64,000 bases of DNA from the NCBI GenBank assembly GCA_964350935.1, contig CAYGLL010000003.1, positions 1,487 through 65,486 on the forward strand, written 5' to 3'. Shown here piece by piece: positions 28,028 to 38,391 of the stretch. Every line of letters starts with the position of its first letter. Position 1 is the first letter of the stretch. The translations under genes were made by a program, and so were the position numbers. Source of the stretch: an uncultured Candidatus Saccharibacteria bacterium. GTDB lineage: Bacteria; Patescibacteriota; Minisyncoccia; Phycocordibacterales; CAYGLL01. The notes under the pieces were generated by a model. The model was not told the origin of the DNA, ran no database searches, and saw only the letters and a list, made by a program, of their open reading frames with translations.

Positions 28028-28906
28028 TTAGCGCTTGAGCTTAAATGCATTCACGCGCTTGGTAATTTCTTCTACGGTGTACTCGTTTGTCGTGATGAGA
28101 ATGGTTTCGTGATCAATAAAGCTGTAGACAATCAGGAGTTTGTCGTCGGCGGTTTTAAGCACGCGAACATCTTTGTTTTTAATGAGACCTGATTTGAACG
28201 GTTTATTTTCTGCGGTAGTAAGTGCCCGGCCGTTTAAGAGCGGCATAAATTTCTGCGCGAGATTGCTTTCCCACGCAAACATTCCGGTAACGGCGCTTTC
28301 ATAGAGATCAGTTTTGAGAATGATGAATGCGTGATTGCCGTCAAACGAGTGAACGCCGACCGTAAAGTTACTGAGAAGCGCCTGTGAAAGTCCCGAAGGA
28401 AGATCAGTTTCCATAATGCGTAAAAATCGTTTGGCTCCCATATAGAGATCGGTACTTTCTTTAAGGTAGAGAACTTTTACCGTTGAAATTGAAACAGGTG
28501 CTGCGATTTCCTTTTGTAGTGTATCAATTAACGACGAACGAGTTACTCCGGGAAGGAGAATATCTTTTTCAGTATCAGCGAGTATCAGAGGGTCGGGACG
28601 TTGTACGGTAAGTATTTCCTCAATCACCTGGTTGTTGCGATGCACAATGTAGGTGATGCCGCTCGCACTTATGATAAGCACGGCGATGATAACGATCGCC
28701 CAGATTTTTTTACGTGAGAGTCTTTTAGCACTTCCTCCAAATCCGCCACCTTGAGCATCACGTGCTCGTTCTGCCATTGCAATGCGCGTCAAAGAAACGT
28801 TATCTTTTTTGATTGCTTCCTGAATATCAGCTTCATAGGTGCGAAGTCCCTGTACCTTTTGAGGCTGTTTTTTCTGTTCCGGTGAAGAATTTAAATCTCC
28901 TTCCAT
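28028..28906 (-). CDS. membrane-anchored hypothetical protein
   Basis: Single TM helix at about residue 70 and a 200-aa extracytoplasmic domain. Confidence 0.35.
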   Translation of the reverse strand: MEGDLNSSPEQKKQPQKVQGLRTYEADIQEAIKKDNVSLTRIAMAERARDAQGGGFGGSAKRLSRKKIWAIVIIAVLIISASGITYIVHRNNQVIEEILTVQRPDPLILADTEKDILLPGVTRSSLIDTLQKEIAAPVSISTVKVLYLKESTDLYMGAKRFLRIMETDLPSGLSQALLSNFTVGVHSFDGNHAFIILKTDLYESAVTGMFAWESNLAQKFMPLLNGRALTTAENKPFKSGLIKNKDVRVLKTADDKLLIVYSFIDHETILITTNEYTVEEITKRVNAFKLKR

Positions 28907-28917
28907 ATGTTTATTAA

Positions 28918-31065
28918 TTACGTTAGTGACGGAGGCGTTGATCCAGTTGCGGTGCCTTTCATTTTTCCGTCGGCAAAGGTAGGATCAGCTCGTTTGATTG
29001 AAAGATTGATACGTTTCTTTTCATCAATCTCTTTAACTACAACGGGAACCTTGTCACCTTCTTTCAAAACATCGGTAACGCGGTTGACGCGCGCAGGCGA
29101 AATTTCTGAGATGTGAACAAGTCCTTCTGCGTTGTGACCGATCTTAACGAATGCGCCAAAGTCCAAAATTCGTGTAACAACACCGTCAAATCGCTCACCT
29201 GTTTTGTACTCGCGGGTCATATCTTCGATCCATTTCTTTGCATTTTCTACACCTGGTGACATGCCAGTGATAAATACCGTCCCGTCGTCTTCGATGTCGA
29301 TATCGGCTCCTGTTGTGTCGATGATCTCATTAATGGTTTTGCCGCCGGTGCCGATGACGAGGCCGATCTGATCTTCCTTGATCTTGATGGTAAGGATGCG
29401 TGGCGCGCGTAGAGAAAGTTCGGTGCGCGGCGTTGCAATTTCTTTGGTGATAAATCCCAAAATTTTCAAACGAGCAGCTTTTGCCTTTTCAAATGCCTCA
29501 ACAAGAATGGAGAGCGGAATGCCGTCAACTTTAACGTCCATTTGTACGGCCGTGATTCCCTTCTCGGTGCCGGCAACTTTGAAATCCATATCGCCGTGGT
29601 GATCTTCAGGTCCCTGAATGTCGGTCAGCACGCGATGTTTTTTTCCTTCCATCATGAGGCCTGAAGCAATACCGGCAACAGGAGCAGAAATGGGAACGCC
29701 AGCGTCCATAAGTGAAAGCGTTCCCCCGCAAACCGAGCCCATTGAGGTTGAGCCGTTTGAGGCAACTGCTTCAGAAACGATGCGGATCGTGTACGGGAAT
29801 TTTTCTTTGGGCGGCAACACGGCAAGGAGCGCTTTTTCTGCAAGTGCTCCGTGGCCGATCATGCGGCGGTTTAATCCACCCATGCGGCCTGTTTCGCCCA
29901 CAGAAAATGGCGGAAAGTTGTAGTGGTGCATAAAGCGCTTGTTCTCTTCCCCTTCCATACCGTCAATGATTTGTGCGTCACGCGGACTTCCGAGTGTGAG
30001 AGCCGAAAGAATGTGTGTTCCTCCACGATAGAAAATACCTGAACCGTGGAGTACGGGTGAAAATCCGCCAGCTTTAACGAAGATAGGTCTAAGGTCGTCC
30101 ATACCGCGTCCGTCAGGGCGCTCGTTGTCCTCCAGGATTCCGCGGTGAAGTTCTATATCGAAAGCTTCGTCAATATAGCTTTTAGCAACCGCATGTTCTT
30201 CCTCAGGAAGTTCTTTTTTAAAAAGTTCACTCCATGCATCTTTCAACGCCTCGATCGATTTTTTACCCGGTTCTTTTGAGAAGACTGCCTTTGAAATTTT
30301 TGGCGCGATTTCTTTTTTGAACAGTGCGATGAGTGCTGCGGAAGGCTCCGGTTTTGCGACAACTTTTTTCTTTTTGCCGAGCTCGGCGACAATTCCTTCC
30401 TGGAATTTTTGAAATGCATCAATTTCTTTAGATGCGGCCGCGAGAGCGGCATTAATCGTTTCTTCGTTCGTTTCGAATGCGCCGACCTCGATCATGTTGA
30501 TGTTCCCGTCTTTGCCGCAGGCAACCATGTCAAACTCGCGCGTTTCTGATTCACGAAATGCATAGGCCGGATTAATGACAAACTCAGCGCTGTCTTTTGA
30601 TTTGCCGATGCGCACTGCGCCCACAGGTCCGTTCCAGGGAATGTCTGACGTTGCGAGGGCGAGCGAGGCTGCATTTACTGCCAAGATATCCGGATCGTCT
30701 TCATCAACCGAAAGAACGGTGATGACCACCTGAACGTCGTGGCGAATGTATTGAGGAAAAAGGGGGCGAATGGTGCGATCAACAACGCGTCCGGAGAGAA
30801 TTGCTTCGTCTGAAGGGCGGCCCTCGCGGCGCACAAAACGGCTTCCGAGAATTTTTCCGGTTGCATAAAAGCGCTCTTCGTAATCAACGGTGAGAGGAAA
30901 GAAGTCGGTTCCCTCGCGCGCATTTTTTGACATCACTGCAGTCGCGAGAACCACCGTGTTTCCATAGCGAAGCATAACCGAGCCATTGGCCTGGTCTGCG
31001 AGGTCGCTAAAGGTTGCTGTTAATTTTTTTCCGGCAATTTCCGTCGAGTATTCTTTTATTTGCAT
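28918..31065 (-). CDS. pnp: polynucleotide phosphorylase
   Basis: Two RNase PH domains followed by KH (IGLVIGTGGKTINEI) and S1 (GERFDGVVTRILDFGAFVKI) domains. Confidence 0.9.
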   Translation of the reverse strand: MQIKEYSTEIAGKKLTATFSDLADQANGSVMLRYGNTVVLATAVMSKNAREGTDFFPLTVDYEERFYATGKILGSRFVRREGRPSDEAILSGRVVDRTIRPLFPQYIRHDVQVVITVLSVDEDDPDILAVNAASLALATSDIPWNGPVGAVRIGKSKDSAEFVINPAYAFRESETREFDMVACGKDGNINMIEVGAFETNEETINAALAAASKEIDAFQKFQEGIVAELGKKKKVVAKPEPSAALIALFKKEIAPKISKAVFSKEPGKKSIEALKDAWSELFKKELPEEEHAVAKSYIDEAFDIELHRGILEDNERPDGRGMDDLRPIFVKAGGFSPVLHGSGIFYRGGTHILSALTLGSPRDAQIIDGMEGEENKRFMHHYNFPPFSVGETGRMGGLNRRMIGHGALAEKALLAVLPPKEKFPYTIRIVSEAVASNGSTSMGSVCGGTLSLMDAGVPISAPVAGIASGLMMEGKKHRVLTDIQGPEDHHGDMDFKVAGTEKGITAVQMDVKVDGIPLSILVEAFEKAKAARLKILGFITKEIATPRTELSLRAPRILTIKIKEDQIGLVIGTGGKTINEIIDTTGADIDIEDDGTVFITGMSPGVENAKKWIEDMTREYKTGERFDGVVTRILDFGAFVKIGHNAEGLVHISEISPARVNRVTDVLKEGDKVPVVVKEIDEKKRINLSIKRADPTFADGKMKGTATGSTPPSLT

Positions 31066-31241
31066 GGTGCCACATACGTGGCCTGCGGATTTCAGACTTG
31101 AAATTGAATTTCAAACCTGCCTATCCGACGGCCACACTACTAATAAGTGTTTCCACGCTAGCATAAAAAACATCGATTGACAAAAAGTGCCTCGCGCGTA
31201 GTTTTAATCCAAACAGTTCTACAACAACCAAAGGAAAAATT

Positions 31242-31619
31242 ATGCCTGTTATTCGTTTCATCGGTCTTCCCTCACTCAGCGGAGAGCAAGAAGCCGAACT
31301 GATTGAACTCTGTCACAGGGCCGTTCGCGGCGTACCCAATCTTGAATTAACGGAAAACCTCGAGAAGCATGTTTCGGTTTTGATTTCGAACGACCGCTTA
31401 CCGGGACGGCAACGCCCAGTCATCTTTGTCGAGGTTTTTGGACTTTTACGCAAACCACGTCGCCAAAACAACGACCGTCAACTTCTATGTGATCAACTCA
31501 TTCAATTTTTTGAGACCTTTGCATCACTTCACCTCTCGCATATTGGTGAGACGCTCGTCGAGTGCAATGTCGAGCCATTTATCGAGAGTTCACACAGAGC
31601 CGAAGTTTTCGGGTCATAA
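31242..31619 (+). CDS. hypothetical protein (possible tautomerase-like, Pro-1)
   Basis: Begins MPVIRF and is ~125 aa; the assignment is speculative. A strong terminator follows at 31633-31660. Confidence 0.3.
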   Translation: MPVIRFIGLPSLSGEQEAELIELCHRAVRGVPNLELTENLEKHVSVLISNDRLPGRQRPVIFVEVFGLLRKPRRQNNDRQLLCDQLIQFFETFASLHLSHIGETLVECNVEPFIESSHRAEVFGS

Positions 31620-31632
31620 TTTTGAACGCGAA

Positions 31633-31660
31633 CGCCGAGGCAACCCCTCGGCGTTTTTTT
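31633..31660 (+). terminator. rho-independent terminator
   Basis: cgccgaggcaacccctcggcg+TTTTTTT. Confidence 0.65.
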
Positions 31661-31705
31661 GTCTCAAAAAAAGGAAGACCCGCCAACGGTAAACGTGTGG
31701 CGGGT

Positions 31706-32286
31706 CTATTTTCTGTTGTAGTATTCTTCCAACGTGCTAAACGAGATTCCTCGTTCGGGATATTCCACGACCCACTCTCGGGCGTCACTCGTACCTGCAG
31801 GACGAACATGAAGGGCATCTCCCATCGACAGAATGATTAGCGAGTCACTCCACTTCACGGAAAACTGAGATGTCCTGTTTGTTCCCCGTGCGGTTGTGAT
31901 GATCTGCGGGTCTCCGTCGAGCTTCGAAACAAATCCTTTTTTCGGAGACTGTATTTGAGAGAGCGTGTGAACACGTACCAGTACCGGTGCGAGTTCGTGT
32001 GATCTCTCAAGAAGCTGATCATCAGGTGATCGGGTGATGCGAATACCGGCCCCTCGTTCAATCTCACAGGCTACCACGTAGTTGTTGAGAATGGGGGGTG
32101 GGTCTTCCGTAGAAAACGGAATCCATGTTTTTTTCTTCCCCGGGCATCCCAGGGAAAACCCGAAATGTGGTCCCGATTGGGAAACAGCAATACCGTCGAT
32201 AAGGCGAAGGCTCCCTACACCCTCAGAACTTCGCAGTTCATGAGGGGTCTCTTCATGTTGGAAGAACACAGTATATGTTCTCATTA
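31706..32286 (-). CDS. hypothetical protein
   Basis: Start chosen at MRTYTVFFQHEE. The track ORF has a 94-aa N-terminal extension that looks unlikely to be real. Confidence 0.3.
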
Positions 32287-32372
32287 GTTTTAACCTTTCT
32301 TTGAAGAGCGTTACTCCATGTAAGAGTACACAAAGATAGTATTTTGTCAAAATTTGATCGCTCAATGTTTGT

Positions 32373-32412
32373 AAATAAAAAAAGGCGCCGTGCACAACCT
32401 GTGCACGGCGCT
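32373..32412 (-). terminator. rho-independent terminator after GC-rich gene
   Basis: ggcgccgtgcacaacctgtgcacggcgcc with a T7 run on the minus strand. Confidence 0.6.
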
Positions 32413-32438
32413 TGAGAAGGCATGAGCCTTCGAGGAAC

Positions 32439-33626
32439 TTATGGCTGTTTGACACCGACAGTCTCAGCGGCCGGAGTGCAACCTTCCGCAACAACCTCGA
32501 GTGTGAGTTTGTCGAGCGCGACCGCAGTCGTGCCCGGCCGACGCGTGTTGCGTTTCGGCGGAGCAACGGACTTGTTTCCGGCAGGCTTTTCGGCCTGCTT
32601 GCGGGCCGGTTGAACGGTGTCAGTCACCGGACTTGCAGTCGCGGTCGTTTCCGCAGGCGCATCTGGCGTGGCGGTAACCGTGATGAGCACGGGGCCCTCG
32701 GCGTGGCCGGCGGGAACAAAGGTCCCCTCCGGCTTACCAGGAACCCAGAGCATTTCACCAGCGACAGGAGCCGTGGGCGGGAGAGCGGCGATCTGCTTTC
32801 TCGACGCTTTCGGAAACTCACGCTTCACGCGCGGGTCAGCGACCTCAACGTAGATGGCATCCTTTCCGGACCCGATGCGCTTCTCGAAGGCGAAGTCCTC
32901 GCCGACGAAGCTCGTGGATCGCTCCAGGAGTTCACCGAGGTGTCCGTAGAACGCCTGCACACGCTTGCGCCCTTTGCCAGTTTCGCTTGTCGGCCCCTCA
33001 AACTGCCAGACGCGGTACACGTCGTTCGTGACTCCCGGAGGGAAACTCCGGGGGTCGGCGCACAGAGAGCGACTGCCGTCCGCGTTGCGACGTTCCCACT
33101 TGGTTTCGGCCGTGAGGACGATTGCTCCCGCACCAGTGGTATGGAACGGAGCCAATGGGTCGCCTTTGGCGAGCCGAGGGTACTCGGCGTTGAAGTCAGC
33201 GAGCGTCCCCTCGAAGTAGGGCTGGTCTGCCTGCGCTGCGCCGTTTGAGGTGCAGTTCACATGTGTCGCGAAGTAGTACGGACGACCCGCGATTTCCTTC
33301 ACCGCGTCGGAGTAGTGAAACCCGACGCCGACGAGGAAGGTTAGGAATCCCCCCTCAGGGCGACGTGAGAGTTCCGGTTGAATGAGCACGACCTGCGTGC
33401 CCTGCTCGAACCTGAAGTCTCCGAGTTCACCGGCGGTTTCGGGGAGTTCCCGTCCGGCAACGATCTTATAGACGTTGCCGAGCGAGAAGTGAACCCCGCG
33501 CTGACCACTTTCATGGTCGGCGACGCTGATGAAGCCGAACTTCTTCTCCCGGTTGACGTAGGTCACGTAACCGACGATGACTTCGACGTTGCCGCGTTTG
33601 GTTTTGAGTACGAGTTTGCTGTTCAT
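32439..33626 (-). CDS. hypothetical protein with N-terminal cold-shock-domain-like fold; strongly GC-rich (foreign-looking)
   Basis: 395 aa with N-terminal GYVTYVNREKKFGFISV resembling a CSD. The DNA is about 60%+ GC against a ~45% background. Confidence 0.45.
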   Translation of the reverse strand: MNSKLVLKTKRGNVEVIVGYVTYVNREKKFGFISVADHESGQRGVHFSLGNVYKIVAGRELPETAGELGDFRFEQGTQVVLIQPELSRRPEGGFLTFLVGVGFHYSDAVKEIAGRPYYFATHVNCTSNGAAQADQPYFEGTLADFNAEYPRLAKGDPLAPFHTTGAGAIVLTAETKWERRNADGSRSLCADPRSFPPGVTNDVYRVWQFEGPTSETGKGRKRVQAFYGHLGELLERSTSFVGEDFAFEKRIGSGKDAIYVEVADPRVKREFPKASRKQIAALPPTAPVAGEMLWVPGKPEGTFVPAGHAEGPVLITVTATPDAPAETTATASPVTDTVQPARKQAEKPAGNKSVAPPKRNTRRPGTTAVALDKLTLEVVAEGCTPAAETVGVKQP

Positions 33627-33774
33627 TTCGATGTGCCTTTCAGTGCTAGTTTTCTCTGAGGTGGCGATAGCCTTATCCAGGTAGAGTTACCCGAGACCTT
33701 AGTGAAAACGTATCTGGTGCAATCTTATCATAAATAAACCATATTGTCAATAGTCGTAGGATGGAGTTTTCGGC

Positions 33775-33807
33775 ATACAAAAACCCCTCAAAATGGGGGT
33801 TTTTTGG
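33775..33807 (-). terminator. bidirectional rho-independent terminator
   Basis: aaaaacccctcaaaatgggggtttttt. Confidence 0.55.
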
Positions 33808-33826
33808 CTCTATTTTGATATTGATA

Positions 33827-34372
33827 TTAGCCGCGCTGAGCTCGTTGTCGTTGACTACCGCGCACCTGCCCCATCAGGTATTTACGCTGATTTTCGTCGA
33901 GATCGATAAAGTCGTCTGCAGCCTCAATAAGCTTTGCTGACGTCGATTTTCCAAATGAAACAACCTCAACCTGGCATCCTTCGTTTGTTTTCAAATACTC
34001 AACCAAAGGCACGAAATCGCCATCTCCTGAAAGAAGAATGACAGCATCAAGCTTGGGCGCAAGTTTAACGGCATCAATCGCAAGTCCCACATCCCAGTCA
34101 GCTTTTTTTGCTCCGCTTCCGAAAATTTGAAGATCTTTAACCTTTGTTTCGATACCCATTTTACCCAGGGCCTCAAAAAATGCCTGTTCTTCGCCGGATT
34201 CTGTTGAAATGACATAGGCGACCGCACGAATGAGTGATCGCTCGGCAACCGCATCTTTGACGATCTGACCGAAATTTACTTTGGTATGATAAAGGTTTTT
34301 GGCGCTATGGTAAAGGTTTTGCGTATCAATGAATACACCAACACGCTGTTCTTTGTGTTTAATAATTGACAT
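33827..34372 (-). CDS. NYN-domain (LabA-like) protein
   Basis: VGVFIDTQNLYHSAK...ILLSGDGDFVPLVEYLK. Confidence 0.7.
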   Translation of the reverse strand: MSIIKHKEQRVGVFIDTQNLYHSAKNLYHTKVNFGQIVKDAVAERSLIRAVAYVISTESGEEQAFFEALGKMGIETKVKDLQIFGSGAKKADWDVGLAIDAVKLAPKLDAVILLSGDGDFVPLVEYLKTNEGCQVEVVSFGKSTSAKLIEAADDFIDLDENQRKYLMGQVRGSQRQRAQRG

Positions 34373-34518
34373 ATGATTATTGTACTACAGTAGTTAACAA
34401 AACAATCCCGCATTCGCAGGGTTGTTTTTAAAATTATTTCGGTTAGCGAGAAGCGAAGTGGGAAATTCTGATTTTCTACTTCGTTCGAGCGAAGACGAAA
34501 CAAAGGGTTTAATACCCT

Positions 34519-34785
34519 TTATTTGCGTAAATCGAGTTTTTTGAGGAGAGAGTTGTAGCGTCGTTTGTTTTTCTTCTCCAAATATCTCATGTGTGACTGG
34601 CGATTTGCGACGAGCGACAAAAGTCCGCGTCGTGAATGCTTGTCTTTCTGATGTTTTTTGAGGTGGCCGGTTAACTCTTGAATGCGGCGCGTTAAAATTG
34701 AGATCTGAACCTCAGGTGAGCCGGTGTCTTTGTCATGCATGCCGGCCTCCTTAATTATTTTCTGCTTTTTTGTTTTTTTCAGCAT
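34519..34785 (-). CDS. rpsO: 30S ribosomal protein S15
   Basis: GSPEVQISILTRRIQELTGHLKKHQKDKHSRRGLL..RYLEKK. Confidence 0.85.
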   Translation of the reverse strand: MLKKTKKQKIIKEAGMHDKDTGSPEVQISILTRRIQELTGHLKKHQKDKHSRRGLLSLVANRQSHMRYLEKKNKRRYNSLLKKLDLRK

Positions 34786-34911
34786 GTTTCAACAGTCTAA
34801 CACGAAAGGTGAATTATTGCAATACTTTCAGTAGTTTATGAATAAAAAATGAGGTGACGTTACTAAGAGTGAGAGTGAATATGTGAAAATAATCTTATTT
34901 AGAGCCATTTT

Positions 34912-35871
34912 TTGGAAGTTGTCTCAATTTCCAATATGTCGCACAATATTTGTATGGAGATTGTTAACTACAAACGTGAGTTCCTCGAATATCTTGAGCT
35001 TGAAAAAGGGCGGAGCCTTAAAACAATTGAAAATTATGATCGATATCTCTCACATTTTATTGAACAAAGTAAGGTTCGCTTTGCGAGTGACATAACCGAC
35101 AGCTGTGTAAAACAGTTTCGTCTCGAGTTGAACCGTCAGCTTGTCCCCCACTCATCTGCGCACAGCCGCCAAACGCTTAAAAAGAAAACTCAAAACTATT
35201 ACCTCATCGCGCTACGTGTTTTCCTCAAGTATCTTATACGTCAGGGGGTTAAAACGTTATCACCGGATCGAATTGAGCTTGCACGTTTAGGTGAGCGATC
35301 CCTTGACCTCATTTCAGGAACCGAACTTTCACGTCTGTTGGCCGCGCCTTCTGGCGATGAGCTTAAGGACGTAAGAGATAAGGCTATACTGGAGCTTCTC
35401 TTTTCAACCGGACTACGTGTTTCTGAGGTTGCTTCATTGCCGCGCGATATTGATATCTCTCACGACGAACTTTCGGTGCGCGGAAAGGGTGAAAAGGTGC
35501 GCGTCGTCTTTATTTCTCCGACCGCAAAGGAGGCAGTGAAAAAATATCTTCAGAAACGAAAAGATATGAACGATATGTTGTTCGTAAATATTAAAAAAGG
35601 ATCGGGTGAAGAAATGAGCGCACCTCTCACCTCGCGTTCGATTGAACGTATTGTAAAATTTTACGCGATTAAAGCCGGTATCTCAAAAAAAGTTACGCCG
35701 CACGTCATTCGCCACAGTTTTGCTACCGATCTTTTGCGCAACGGCGCAGATCTACGCTCGGTGCAGATGCTTCTTGGTCACTCAAATATTTCGACAACTC
35801 AAATTTATACGCATATCACTGACAAACAACTAAAAGAAATTCACAAAAAATTTCACAATCGTGGAAGTTAG
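34912..35871 (+). CDS. xerD: tyrosine site-specific recombinase XerC/XerD family
   Basis: C-terminal HVIRHSFATDLLRNGADLRSVQMLLGHSNISTTQIYTH carrying the catalytic R-H-R-Y motifs. Confidence 0.8.
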   Translation: MEVVSISNMSHNICMEIVNYKREFLEYLELEKGRSLKTIENYDRYLSHFIEQSKVRFASDITDSCVKQFRLELNRQLVPHSSAHSRQTLKKKTQNYYLIALRVFLKYLIRQGVKTLSPDRIELARLGERSLDLISGTELSRLLAAPSGDELKDVRDKAILELLFSTGLRVSEVASLPRDIDISHDELSVRGKGEKVRVVFISPTAKEAVKKYLQKRKDMNDMLFVNIKKGSGEEMSAPLTSRSIERIVKFYAIKAGISKKVTPHVIRHSFATDLLRNGADLRSVQMLLGHSNISTTQIYTHITDKQLKEIHKKFHNRGS

Positions 35872-35934
35872 TTTCGAGAGAGCGCTGGGGAGGTCTTTTT
35901 AACGGCCAGGAACAAGTGTCTTTAAAGGACAAAC

Positions 35935-35943
35935 TTATCCACA
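35935..35943 (+). promoter_or_regulatory. perfect DnaA box TTATCCACA flanked by AAAGGACA/TGTCCTTT repeats
   Basis: An exact match to the consensus 9-mer. Four AAAGGACA or TGTCCTTT copies lie within 35922-35985, including the 10-bp inverted repeat atgtccttta...taaaggacat. Confidence 0.4.
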
Positions 35944-36233
35944 TTATGTCCTTTACGACATGCTTGTAAAGGACATATAATAATCCTCGGATACATAAAA
36001 CAGTTCTTTGATAAAAGACGTGGCCCTTTCCACTACGTTTTCTCCTACGCAAATCGGAGATTCATTCTAAAACTTTCATTCCACCCTTCCTTCACTCTTT
36101 TGGTTGGATGAGTTACAAAAGAATCCCAACGATTTGCAAGAACCGCTTTTTGCAAAATCTCTCTGCAAGAGCGGTTTTTCTTTTCTTGTCTACACTGTGA
36201 ATTTAGATAGACACGTGCTTTCACGTGAAAGTA

Positions 36234-37757
36234 CTATTCCACGAAATGTTTCTTTCGAATACTTTTTATTTTTTCCTCCTCTTCTTTATCTTTCTTTTCT
36301 TTCCCCTTTTTTCCCATTGTTTCAAGTTCTTTCTCCGACATGTTCATGAGTTCGATAGATTTTTTTTCAAGATATTCGGGTGTATTTTTTTTGGGATCAT
36401 CAAGGACTTCTTCCAGTAAAGCGTGCAAAACGTGCCCTATTTTTGGTCCAGGGTTCGTTTGAGCCACTTCCATTATCCTTTTTCCGTCTATTTTTAGCAT
36501 TGAAACCGATATGGGGTCGCTCATAACCTCTTCAATAAGAGATTTGTATTTTCTTAGTCTGTAGGGGTTCTCTTTTGGGCGCCCGGTACCGATACGATCA
36601 CAGTTTCGAACGTTCATAAGGTCCCAGATCCTATCTTTGCCGACATTAGCAACGATTCTACGAACCGCTGAGAGGGATATTTGTTCGGTGTCTGAGAAAA
36701 ACATGTGCCAGCGGACTAGTTTCGCAACTTCCTCAATTGTTTTCACGGGAAACTTCAGATCTTTAAGAGTTTCACGTGTAATCCGCTCTCCTATAACTTC
36801 GTGGCCGTGGAAAGTCCAATCTTTCTTTTCTTCAGACCAGCGCCGGCTTTTAGGTTTACCGATATCGTGAAAAAGAGCCGCTAAACGAATTTCAAAGGAA
36901 AACTTTTTATCAGCCGCATGTTGGAGAGACTTAAGCAAGTGCTCCCAAACGTCGTATTTGTGGGTCTTATTTTGTGTTACACCAACAGATTCGGCTAGTT
37001 CTTTCGAAATATAGGTAAGAATCCCCAATTTCTGGCTTAAAACAAGTCCTCGAGAAGGTTGCTCAGACATGATTACACGTGAAAACTCATCGCGAACACG
37101 TTCTTTGGCTATGTTTTTCAACAGATTAGCATTGGCCCTGATTCCTTCGACTGTTTTACTGTTGAGTTCGAAATCGAGCTCTGTAGAAAGCCTTATAGCG
37201 CGGAGCATCCGAAGCGCATCCTCGTTGAAGCGGTCGTGGGGTTCCCCGACCGTCGTCAGGATGCGTTCTTTAAGGTCACGGATTCCCCCATAGAGGTCTA
37301 TAATATGTCCTTTATAAGAATTGTCCTTTATAACCTCAATATCGATGGCGATGGCGTTTATCGTAAAATCACGACGCTTGAGATCCTCCTCAACGCTTTC
37401 ACTAAACTTAACTGTGTCAGGACGTCGATTGTCCGAATATTCAGTTTCGGTGCGAAATGTAGTTACTTCGACGATTTGAAGAGATGGGTCATCCGTTTCA
37501 TTTTTTACGCCAACTGTTCCAAATTTATTTTCGTAAAATGACTCAGTTTTAAACAAATCGAGTATTTGGTCTGGCGTTGCGTTTGTTGTTACGTCCCAGT
37601 CTTTAGGTTTTCTCTCTATAATGAGATCTCGTGTACAGCCACCCACCAAATAAGCCTTATATTTAGCCTTTTTTAAACTTTCAACGACACGAGAAACTTC
37701 TTGCGGGATAGTAAATTTTTTCTCAAAAGGCTCGTTCATTTCCTGATTTTCGCACAT
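36234..37757 (-). CDS. cca: CCA-adding tRNA nucleotidyltransferase with C-terminal HD domain
   Basis: GGCTRDLII...DWDVTT polymerase-beta-type head and a C-terminal HD domain (HDIGK). The track's N-terminal extension is antisense to tRNA-Arg, so the start is set at MCENQEMNEP. Confidence 0.75.
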   Translation of the reverse strand: MCENQEMNEPFEKKFTIPQEVSRVVESLKKAKYKAYLVGGCTRDLIIERKPKDWDVTTNATPDQILDLFKTESFYENKFGTVGVKNETDDPSLQIVEVTTFRTETEYSDNRRPDTVKFSESVEEDLKRRDFTINAIAIDIEVIKDNSYKGHIIDLYGGIRDLKERILTTVGEPHDRFNEDALRMLRAIRLSTELDFELNSKTVEGIRANANLLKNIAKERVRDEFSRVIMSEQPSRGLVLSQKLGILTYISKELAESVGVTQNKTHKYDVWEHLLKSLQHAADKKFSFEIRLAALFHDIGKPKSRRWSEEKKDWTFHGHEVIGERITRETLKDLKFPVKTIEEVAKLVRWHMFFSDTEQISLSAVRRIVANVGKDRIWDLMNVRNCDRIGTGRPKENPYRLRKYKSLIEEVMSDPISVSMLKIDGKRIMEVAQTNPGPKIGHVLHALLEEVLDDPKKNTPEYLEKKSIELMNMSEKELETMGKKGKEKKDKEEEEKIKSIRKKHFVE

Positions 37758-37796
37758 TTTTCTCAATTCACACAATCTAATGTATGATGATTTTAT

Positions 37797-37869
37797 GCGT
37801 TCGTAGCTCAATGGATAGAGCACTTGCCTTCGAAGCAAGGGGTTGCAGGTTCGAGTCCTGCCGAGCGCG
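37797..37869 (+). tRNA. tRNA-Arg (anticodon TCG), no encoded CCA
   Basis: Hand-folded cloverleaf: acceptor GCGTTCG/CGAGCGC, anticodon loop CTTCGAA and T-loop TTCGAGT. Confidence 0.7.
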
Positions 37870-38080
37870 CAGCGATCGAGCAAGGCGATTTATCGCCTTG
37901 CGAGCAGGACTCGAAAAGGCTGAGTATATTTCTGGAAAATTCTTATTTTTCTGGAATTCGAAGCCTGTACCGGTCCTGTAGGGACCGGGTCCCAACCACT
38001 GATCTCGTAGAGATCGAGTTTTTCTTGATAGCCTGTAGTTTTTTGCCCAAACGCCTTGTTGTGCTAGAATTTCGAAGTTC

Positions 38081-38151
38081 GCGGGTATGGTTTAGTGGTA
38101 GAACACGTCCTTGCCAAGGATGAGATGGGAGTTCGATTCTCCCTACCCGCA
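38081..38151 (+). tRNA. tRNA-Gly (anticodon GCC), no encoded CCA
   Basis: Acceptor GCGGGTA/TACCCGC, anticodon loop TTGCCAA and T-loop TTCGATT. Confidence 0.7.
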
Positions 38152-38362
38152 CACGAACGAAGTGAGTTGGCGGTAGAGCACGCAACCTTCGTTGCGTGCG
38201 TGGAGAATCGAACGCCGGAGCGTTGCCGAGCCAGCAGGTGAGGCCGCGAGGCGGTGGCTAGGCCGAGGAGTGCGGCGGCACGACGAGAGCCGATGCCGGT
38301 TCTCCTGTCCGCAGGGATTGATCCCTCTCCGCACAAAATAAATTCCAGCTCGCGTCCAGATG

Positions 38363-38391
38363 TTTACAAATCTGTGGATAAATGTGGGGAT
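38363..38391 (+). promoter_or_regulatory. cluster of three DnaA boxes (TGTGGATAA x2 perfect, TGTGGGGAT degenerate) at ~10-bp phasing, followed by AT-rich stretch
   Basis: TGTGGATAA at 38363-38371 and 38383-38391 is the exact reverse complement of TTATCCACA, and an AT-rich stretch follows from 38400 to 38500. Confidence 0.45.

Noticed and set aside
32412-33248. Plus-strand ORF of 278 aa, Arg-rich
   Set aside because: It is antisense to the GC-rich minus-strand gene 32439-33626. Its Arg/Gly/Ser-rich composition is typical of a spurious frame in GC-rich DNA.
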